A stretch of DNA of 64,000 nt, taken from the NCBI GenBank assembly GCA_004022145.1, contig RCNU01000006.1; one strand, given 5' to 3'. This stretch comes from Paecilomyces variotii (Eukaryota). Below are positions 55,045 to 64,000 of this stretch, one piece after another. The translations under genes were made by a program, and so were the position numbers. Below the pieces are notes generated by a model. That model ran no database searches and was not told the DNA's origin. It saw nothing but the letters and a program-made list of their open reading frames with translations. Positions within the stretch are counted from its first letter, which is position 1. Every line of letters starts with the position of its first letter.

Positions 55045-57445
55045 CCTGTAGTGATAAGATGGCGGTAAATCGTAGCGTAGGCGATTTGATATTGTATCAA
55101 CACGCTCAAACAAAGGCATTCATAGCTGTCAACGCCGATGAAATGCTACCTCTCTGCAGATCCAATGCGTGACTTAATCCGATGTCATGGCTCTGGGGAC
55201 CTTGCAGTCTCCTGGTACGTCGGCTGGGAGCACATTCCGGTCCATTAGAGTTGAGCCACGATACTGATTTGGCGTAATGAATGACGACGGTCAGTGAACA
55301 ACAACCAACGGCCATGAACTCAGTCTTACTGACCTTTTCCTCGAGACCGCGGAAGCGTCTGGACTCTGATAAGCGGAACAAAGCAACCCTACAGAGATGC
55401 CAGACCCTTCATTGAGAATCCAATATGCCAATTGTTTCCTCGTTTCCCAGGCTTCCAGGAGGCCAAGATTCCCAACTGACCGGTCTTGGGTTGAAGTATC
55501 CTTCCTGGTTCCTTCATCCATTGGGCGTATCAAGTGCAATATCAACCGCATGCATTCCGATCTTCCTCATAACTCTTCCACTCGATGTATAAGTAACCCA
55601 TGTTTTCTTCAACTTGAAAGGTCCTTCTCTTCCATGCGTCACCCTCCTTCCCGCTGGGACGGATTGAATTCATGGAAAAAGCTGCAATGTTTGGTTCACG
55701 ACGCTAATAGGTCCAGCAGCAGGTTATGAAACACAAACTATCAAGCTGTTCATTTCGTATTGACACTTTCTTGTGTATGTATTAGCGTCATGGGTTATCA
55801 TGACCCGAGATGTCGTTCAGAAGAGGCAATAGGTTCACCAAATAGCCCCGCTATATAGGTATATAAAGCACGACATAATCAGCAGAGCAGAAATGATTAA
55901 ACAATACAGCTTGACTATTTGATGAAATGAGCATGACGCTCTATCTGGATAGGATGGCAACTTGGAAGTAGCCATGTAGGAGGAGGAAAGGAATGTGCAC
56001 ATGACCCACCACTGGTGTGCTTAGTCAGGTAAGTACCGAAGCAAACAACGGCCGATAGGTACTGTTTAGTAGAATCGCGAAAATGATTATTAGGAACAGC
56101 ATTCTATTTTACTCGTTTTTGGTCCAATAGATTAGTATTCAGCAGGCGGGAAAGGTTAGTGGAACTCCCCAAAAAGACTAGCTAACCCTGATATTGGTAG
56201 AATGGTAGAATAGAATGCATATCCTACCTAGTGCCTCTTACCTCGCTGGAGTTCGAACAAGTCTGTCCAACGGAAGGATGCCAATGTTTCATGGCGAGAT
56301 GCATGGCAAAAACGAACCTAGTGATATAAACAAGTTCTGCACTCTACGAAAGCGGATATCGGACTCGCAAAGTCTTAATTATGAGACCGCAGTGGGTCCT
56401 AGCTGACTCCTCTGACAGAAGATCGCGAAATTGGCCTCTCCCGTAGATCATAAGTAGAGAGACCCGGTAGATCTCGGCGAAGTCGGGAATCTCGAATGAT
56501 CTCATGATCGACGTTCGATCATCTATAGACATTTCCAACGATCCAATCAATATGCGTCGTGTTCTAGCATAGAGTATGGACGACTCTTTCCCCCAATAGA
56601 AGCTCGTGAGTTCGACCATTCTTTGCACTTTCAGCCAGCCACAGAACACAGCGAGCTGGCGGTTTCTCCATGCGACCCCCACGTTCTTCACGAACTGATC
56701 GCGAGCGAACTGTAGAATCTTAGATTTGGATCAGAGATGAACTATTGTACGTCTCCATTCTAGAACGTCCATACAGTGGTTCCCTAACTCATCGCGTTGT
56801 CAACTATCTAATACGGATAACCGGCCCCACCACCCATTGAAGTAGTAACAATGAGATTCAATCTCTAAGTTTGTCCTCTACGTACTATGTAGTAGTTCTT
56901 AGACTCTATGCTGCAGCTAGTACACATAATATTAATATGAGAACATCTATCTTCAGCTGTCGCTTCATAGTATTTGTGTAGTTCGCAGAGTAGACAGAGT
57001 CACTTCCGGATTAACTTGTCTTTAACCAATAAGAATTTGAACTAGGATACAAGTGAGGATCCTTTTCTAAAACTAAAAGGATGAGGGATTTTATCGTCAT
57101 GCAGCGCTATTGCGTATTAGTGGGCCGATTTGGAATTCAATTATCTATCTACCCAGTGACAACAGAGTCGATGCGTCATGTACGTCCATCCTCTTCCTCA
57201 CAGAGAATATAGTTAACAATACTACATACTCGAGCTAACATGATACGTCATATTGTAAATGACAACCCCGCTACGCACATATATAAAGGCTCTGCTTCTA
57301 TGAAGGCTTTATTTACTCTTAGAGCTATCGATTCCGAGGAACACTGAGTCATCACGGACAAAGGGATCTTATCCATAGCTCTTATCCTGCTCCAAAAACA
57401 CAGTTTAGTCAACCAGCAATACGATACTACAAGTATACCTAAAAT

Positions 57446-57871
57446 ATGTCGGACCGCAAGGTGGGTAGACAACCAGTTGTCACTCAAGACTAAGCGCTCT
57501 TATAATGACCGATATGTATTGACAGGCATATTATCTGCGATATGAGAGTATTGAGTCCTGGGAGAACTATGATGAAGAAGTGAACAAGTAAGTATATTAA
57601 ATGATGCTGCCACAAGACCTTAATTTTCTAACCTTTTTATTTATGTATTAGGACAGTCGAAGATGATCAGGGGGGTCCTGCTATATCAACTAAGACATTG
57701 CCGCCTATCTATGTCAACTTGTAAGTATTACAGAACATACCTATATACTTCGTATATCGCATTAGATGACTTACGTTTATAATGTATGTCAGGCAACTGA
57801 CAGCCGAAGCTGTTGATAAGTTGAAGGGTTTCGAAGGTGTGCTGCTTGAGGAAATACCTGAAGATGATTGA
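57446..57871 (+). CDS. 74-aa acidic microprotein with 4 exons, possibly I9/subtilisin-propeptide-like
   Basis: Exons 57446-57460, 57526-57587, 57652-57720 and 57793-57871 total 225 nt in one open frame. Three GT-AG introns of 64-72 nt; TATATAAA at 57280-57287. Confidence 0.75.
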
Positions 57872-58054
57872 GTGATGGGTCAGGGGCTTAACAGATTGGC
57901 CATGTCTATGATACAATGAATGAAAGTATCTCCTTATACTGCAAATCTAATAGGCTAGAATTGTCATAATGCCTATTAATTGGGGTCAGACATTGTAGCT
58001 CCGCTATGCATGCAGACAGCACCGTGTTCGTGGCAGTTATAGGGACCATTGTAG

Positions 58055-58249
58055 ACACCGGCCCAATTCGCCATCAATTGGAAAAGAGCACTACCCAAGC
58101 GTCCTGGGATGTCAACTATCCCCCCAATCACTGGTTCTACGACACCGGCGCGAGTAGAAAAGAACAGCAAGCTAATTGATATCGCGGATAAAGAGAACGA
58201 ACAGATAGATGCTATCTTAGCCAAGGTCAAGCCGGCTAGTGAACACTGA
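58055..58249 (+). pseudogene. C-terminal relic of an aldo-keto reductase (pyridoxal-reductase-like)
   Basis: TPAQFAINWKRALPKRPGMSTIPPITGSTTPARVEKNSKLIDIADKENEQIDAILAK resembles the AKR C-terminus (TPAQLAL.W...IPIPG.....RVEEN). An in-frame TAG lies immediately upstream and no N-terminal exons are visible. Confidence 0.6.
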
Positions 58250-58597
58250 CCCATCACATCTCATGTGAATACCTTATTGCCATAGTGTAACATCTAGTCC
58301 CCGTGAGTACGGGACGGGTATAGACCGGATCGTGCAGCGGAAAGGAAACCTCCGCTGATTCTGTGGGTGGATTGCGGAGTTAGCCCAGATCTCCACGAAT
58401 ACGAACCTGTCCGCCTAGCACCCCGGGGGCGAAATAGCCCGTCGGAAGTGGTCCGCAAGATAGCTTGAGTAAGTAGAAGGATAGAGCTCCGGTAAATAAC
58501 TATAGCTTTAGTATCTATTCAAATGACCAAGCGACCCTAGAACACAACTCGGGCTGTCAAGGAAAAAGGAACAGACATTGCAATTCCGGCACACAAT

Positions 58598-60245
58598 ATG
58601 GCTAGGGTAGCGGCCCCATACTCTTCGGTATTATTTCCCTGCTTTTCCTCTTGTTGTAGGCATCTGAATGACTAGAGTCCACGATAGTTTCCCTATTGGG
58701 AATACCCAACCCGCAGCTTGGACTTCTTGCACCCATCTGAAAGGCGCTCTGCAGATGACAATAAACCGACACAATCGAAAGTGCTGCTGAATGTTGTCGT
58801 CGTCGGAGCTGGGCTTGGAGGACTTGCTACCGCCATTGCCCTCGCGCGGAGGGGACACTCTGTGACTGTCCTCGAACAAGCCCCTGCATTATCGGAGGTG
58901 ATACTTACTCTATTTTTTCTTTGTATTCCTCAACTTACCATGTCAATGCAGGTTGGAGCTGGCATTCAACTACCCTCGAATTCCACCCTACTCCTGCTGC
59001 GATGGGGCTGTGGACCACATCTTAAGGGACAAGTAGTGGAACCCGAGAACATCACCTTTCGAAGATGGAGCAATGGAGACAATGTCGGTTTCACCAGATT
59101 AATACCTGACTTCCGAGAAAACTTCGGAGCTCCCTATTACGTCGTCCATCGAGCTCATTTCCATGCCGCCCTTCACGAATGTGCAGTAGACCTTGGTGTC
59201 AAGGTCCAGGTGAACAGCAAAGTGGTCAGCTACGATCTGAATGCCCCATCGGTTGTGTTGGAGGATGGCCGTACTATTTACGGCGACCTAGTTGTGGCCG
59301 CAGATGGTATCAAGTCTGTTGCACGCGCCGCGGTTCTGGGAGGAGCCGACCGTCCTCCTGCTCTCACTGGATTTGCTGCCTATCGAGCGACGGTTGACGC
59401 TGCAAAAATAAAAGCTGATCCCGAGATCGCATGGCTGTTGGAAAGACCAGCGTTGAATATCTGGTATGTGGTTGCATTTCGACGACAGAACCTGTCGTAC
59501 CATATACTTACTTGCACATATGAAATACAGGATTGGCGAAGACCGCCATGTCATGACATACACCATTGCTGCTGGAAAATCACTGAACATGGTCCTCTCT
59601 CATGTCGACCATACTGATCCTCAGACCTGGAAGCCAGAGGATGCAGTTGAACAAATGAGGGGATATTTTGCTGACTGGGACCCAAAGTAAGTAATAATGC
59701 CTAGTGCTTAAGAATTCAATGATAGAGATCACTAATGCCAATTTAATAGACTATTCAAGATCATCAAGATGATCGAACACACACAAAAGTGGCCCCTCTT
59801 AAGCGGCGTGTCACTCCCACGCTGGTGTGCACCCTCTAAGAAGCTGCTTATTCTGGGAGACGCAGCACATGCCATGGTCCCTTACATGTCCCAAGGTGCC
59901 GCGATGGCCATCGAGGACGGCGCTGCCCTGGCTGAGGTCATAGATCAAATCGGAACTTCCGAACAACTTCCAGAAGCACTCGACGTTTTCACCCGTGAGC
60001 GGATGCAGAGATCTGGCCAGATGCAATCAGCCAGTCTGGTGAACGGAAAGATCTGGCATTTCCCAGATGGACCCGAGCAGCAGAAGAGAGACGAAGCAAT
60101 GAGGGCAGAGGTCGAAGGTAAACAGTTCCAGAGGAGTGCAAATCAGTGGAGTGATCCAGTCACTCAGTGGTGGTGTTATGGTTACGATGCTGAGAAGGCT
60201 GTGCGGGAAGCCTGGCAGAAAAGAGGGCGAGCTTCCAAGATCTAA
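58598..60245 (+). CDS. FAD-dependent monooxygenase, salicylate-hydroxylase-like
   Basis: VVVVGAGLGGL, EVGAGIQL, HRAHFH, DLVVAADGIKS, LGDAAHAMVPYMSQGAAMAIEDG. The start is inferred as a 9-nt first exon (MAR) spliced to FPYWEYP. Ends in SKI. Confidence 0.88.
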
Positions 60246-61419
60246 TTCGGACTAAGTGTGATCCAAGGCGACTGTCTATATCAACCTCATAATAATAGAG
60301 GTATGCTATACGTTGGTTACTTTCGAACATCACTAAAAGCTTGTAGTGTTATCTTGAATGAAGATATTGAAGTCCCTTGGTAGAAACTTCCCTATAATTT
60401 CTCTTCCTTCAATAGGTTAGAGAAAGGATAGACTACATAGTCCTATGTGAGTAGGCCTGTTGAAACGATTCTTAGCAGTGCGAATGAGCTCGCTTTATAT
60501 ACCGAATGATTAACCTAGATCTTGGGTCCGGAAACAGACTCGGTTCAATAATTTGATAGCTAGAACTCTACAAACAAAAAATGTCTAGTGTCAGCACACA
60601 AAGCGAAGGCCAGGTGACCTGTCAATCATCCGTTTGCAGCAGGTCCTGAATATAGGATGGAACCTACTAGATCACTAGGATCCAGATTCTTTGTATGCTA
60701 TAGGAAACACGGGGAAAGAGAAGCATCCCTCTTCAACGGGACAATATCAAACTCACATTTACCATTTTCCTTTGCCGTGTGTCATTCGACACGAAAGGTG
60801 GGAGTAATACTCCTGAATCTTTTATAATAATAATAATAATATAATATCTATTTACCATCGCAAGTAACATCACAACGATCGCCTGACCATTACCTGACCA
60901 TCAACAGTATCTCGATTGGACCTTTTCGATGTGCGGGATGCTTGATAGTCGGGATGCTATCTACTCGTGAATAATGATTAAGATTAATAAACTACGTATC
61001 GAATCCTTGGTAATTCGACTTATTTTGCTCCTCTTCAAATTAACTTTTAATGGTATTATCGCTGATCTTGTCGTTTAAATGTAGTCCCATCCTGATCTCG
61101 AAGGACTAGTTACGTAGGAATCATCTGATTTCTTAGATTTACACTTTCCTCCAAGAAATACAGAGTAATATATGTCCGTCGAAATATAATATGTCGTATT
61201 TTACGTGACTTTCTTCAAATGAATCTGTATTACGTGCTCTGAACATAGAGTTCTACACTTCTGTAATACGATACGCAGATTGAAAGACGTCAAAGCGAGT
61301 GGGCACTCTTACTAGTGTCTTGTTGCTACATATCTTGAGCAGGTTACGATTACGCACGGCTAGTACAGACTCTTGACAGCGAGAGCGACTTTTAGAAACG
61401 GGGAGATTTGACATACTGA

Positions 61420-62700
61420 TCGTCAAATGCGTCATCTCGGTATTCTGACGAGGCTGGCGGTGTGGTCGGCCTGGAGATATTGGGCACGATTACTGAGGAG
61501 ACTGGGAAACGATGATAGGAGAAGGGAACTGAATTTCCTGCAAACTCGCGCAAGGGCCTCCTCCCGATGGAGATAGGCAGGCGACTTGACGCGGGAAAGC
61601 TGTCAACAGTTGAGGTCGGTGAGGAGTTGGAGGATTTAATGGAATGTTGGGCTATACGTCTTTCTGGCTTCTATGTACTGTGGGTGAGCAGAATACGCAG
61701 AAGATCAGATGCCCAGCGACGTGGACAATCAATGGGCCACAGAAAGAGATAGGATCTCTTGAACCCGCATGATGGTTCGAGAACCCTGGAAAGAGGACCC
61801 TGTACGGGATGCGTTTTCCGATCCCAGATAGCATTAAGAACGCCCATAGGCAGCCTTCTTCTTCCCGCAGCCTGAGGTGCATCTTGCATATTCATCTGGC
61901 ATTAAGGGTGACATCGTAACCGACATCTTCCTCGATTCCTGTATTCTGCCTGCAAGGCTGAATGGCGGTGAGACGCTTGAGCCCGTGCCGGTCCGACCAT
62001 CGCGCCTCCTACATCACCAAATGGCATTCGAGAAAAGGAGTGATTAAATACAACCTGCACGAGGCGCAAATGATCTCGCTTCGAACGGCATCCAGAACGT
62101 TGTGGTCCTTGGCGAGGCTGAACCACAGGAAACGTGGTAAACGACGTCTTGACAGCGGGAGCGTAAGGAAATGATGAGCCTAGTTACCCCACACGACGGA
62201 TAATGACGATCTGTGATTTCTCTCAATTTGTCAAGGCAAGTCCACTTGGATGCAGAAAGGGAGCAGGAACCAATGAGACTGCCGTAACAAGCGAGATTCT
62301 GCCATGATGCTTAACTAGACTCGCCAACGAGCTGAGTCCAAGTAAATAGTGCACGAAGCTGATAATCTCATCGGGACACGAGACAGTCATGACCATGGGA
62401 CTAGTGTCGCAAGGCTAATGATGCGTAAAAAAGGCCCGGCGCCAAGGGTATCCGATAGATAGGGGCTTGTTTCATAGTCATCGGAGAAACGATGACATTT
62501 CCGTGAGTTTCGGTGATTGATAGTCTGGATAACAACTTTCTCCTCTTGTTCCTGGAATGATTAAGGGGTAATAACCAGAAGCGAAAAGGATTTGGAATTC
62601 GACAAGAGACCATCCGGCGACTCCGAAAGATTGACGATTTCTGGACGGCCGATGTTGACCAGGGTGCCAGACGACGGCGGAGTGGAGACAGCTGTCAACA
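61420..62700 (-). pseudogene. Degenerate coding-like sequence of unidentified family
   Basis: Protein-like fragments in shifting frames (LPRFLWFSLAKDHNVLDAVRSEII; GYDVTL; GVLNAIWDRK) interrupted by stops. A CT-rich TSS-like tract lies at about 62830-62870. Confidence 0.25.
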
Positions 62701-64000
62701 ACAGCACTATTGCTTTGCCTATTCGTACAGAGGATTATAGAAAGATCGTGACCCTAATTGAGTAAATCATGTAGTAACAGTAGCAGCATTGAGTTAGCAG
62801 ATATGATCTTCTTGTGCAGGGGAGCCTGAGGCGGTCAGGGGAGAAATGGAGATGGTGGAGGAGGATAATTACTCCGTGGCACGGAGCACCCGCTATGGCC
62901 CTGACGCCAGTCCGTGTTTCCCCTCCCCTGATGACAGTCTTGGCGACGGGTATCTGACAGGCCCACGTGGAAAACGGTCAAGCCATAATAATATGGCACA
63001 TATTATTGATGGCCCCTGCTCGATTACTCGGCCGTACGGGCAGTCCCCTGCCAGGCTTGTATGGTATGATCGTATGTAGTACGTCGTATAGATGGTCGTA
63101 TCGACTAAGTAGATGGCACGACCAGGATCATAGAAACCGATTCGCGTTGGGCGTCGCATCGCGCAGACTGGATCTCCCAGGGGTAGCGATGATTGCGGTC
63201 CTGTTGAGCGAACCAGGCGACGAGCTCGCGGGATCTGCCTCGGAACGGGAAAGTCGTTTCTTCTCCACGTTGGGGCGGACAACGTGCATCGTGGACTCCA
63301 TGGGGAGGGTAATCGCTAGTTCAAGGCAGATCAGCCATCAGTGCGTCCTGTGGTTGTTTTCGTTCTTCACCAGTGCCTGAGCAAGGCCTGTGCTCCAGTC
63401 CAATAGTATCCGCAGATCGATCAGGGCAATAATAACAGACAGGAATATTGTCAGGGCTAGCTTTGGCGACTAAGAACTTTAGATAGTCTAGTCTTAAGGC
63501 GTTTTGGACGGGCAACTTGAGTCTTGTCAAGTCTGAGCGGCAAGGCAAGGCAATACCTGCCTGAACAACAAGGCTGTCCAAGGCATCCATGTGGTCACTG
63601 ACACCGGCGTCCTTCTCGGGCCAAACTACCGGCACCGCTGCGGGTACGCTAGTCCCGAATAGTACTTAGCAGATCTGGCCACCGAGATCCTCCGCTGGCC
63701 AATCAGAAGGGTAGACACACTCGCCGTTCACTTAGCATCTGATGATCGACCGTGGCTGCAAGAGCGTTCGACGGCAACCAGGATGAGAGAGGCTGAACCG
63801 CTGAAGGAAGAGAACCCTGCAGATAACAACGACGATCGGGAGATCCTCCATCTTCCCATCGGTCTGCGAAGGCGTCTTATTTGATCAGGTATGTCGCAAC
63901 CACCAGCCAGAGGGATCCGCATATGATGGCCACGCACAAGCCTATCTACGCTCAAGTTATGGCCTCCACTGGCAGCAGTTATAGACAAGCTAATTAAATC

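Noticed and set aside
57976-58257. 93-aa hydrophobic minus-strand ORF
   Set aside because: Antisense shadow of the plus-strand AKR relic.

Overview
Eukaryotic DNA from a filamentous ascomycete (Eurotiales-like, judged from protein sequences and short GT-AG introns with CTRAC/CTAAC branch sites). Positions 1-52.5 kb are a housekeeping block: the KRE33/NAT10 3' end, PDI-like prpA/MPD1, an F-box protein, an intron-rich XUT1/XtrD-like sugar porter, a J-domain protein, ATP3, TOP1, an SDR epimerase, a hypothetical protein, VTA1, palB, peroxisomal ANT1, LCL3, ADK2, PRI2, SEC23, RPL12 and a large GT41 O-GlcNAc-transferase-like gene behind a ~6 kb microsatellite-rich spacer. From ~53 kb the region looks accessory: an intronless, bacterial-looking flavoprotein monooxygenase, a four-exon 74-aa microprotein gene missed by the ORF track (resembling I9/subtilisin-propeptide inhibitors), an aldo-keto reductase relic, a salicylate-hydroxylase-like monooxygenase ending in a PTS1-like SKI, and degenerate coding-like sequence. 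The most notable points are the hidden microprotein, the candidate horizontally acquired monooxygenase, and a weak GC-AG intron directly after the sugar-nucleotide-binding lysine of the OGT. I found no rRNA, tRNA, CRISPR array or intact transposon. All calls come from reading the sequence by eye; no searches were run.
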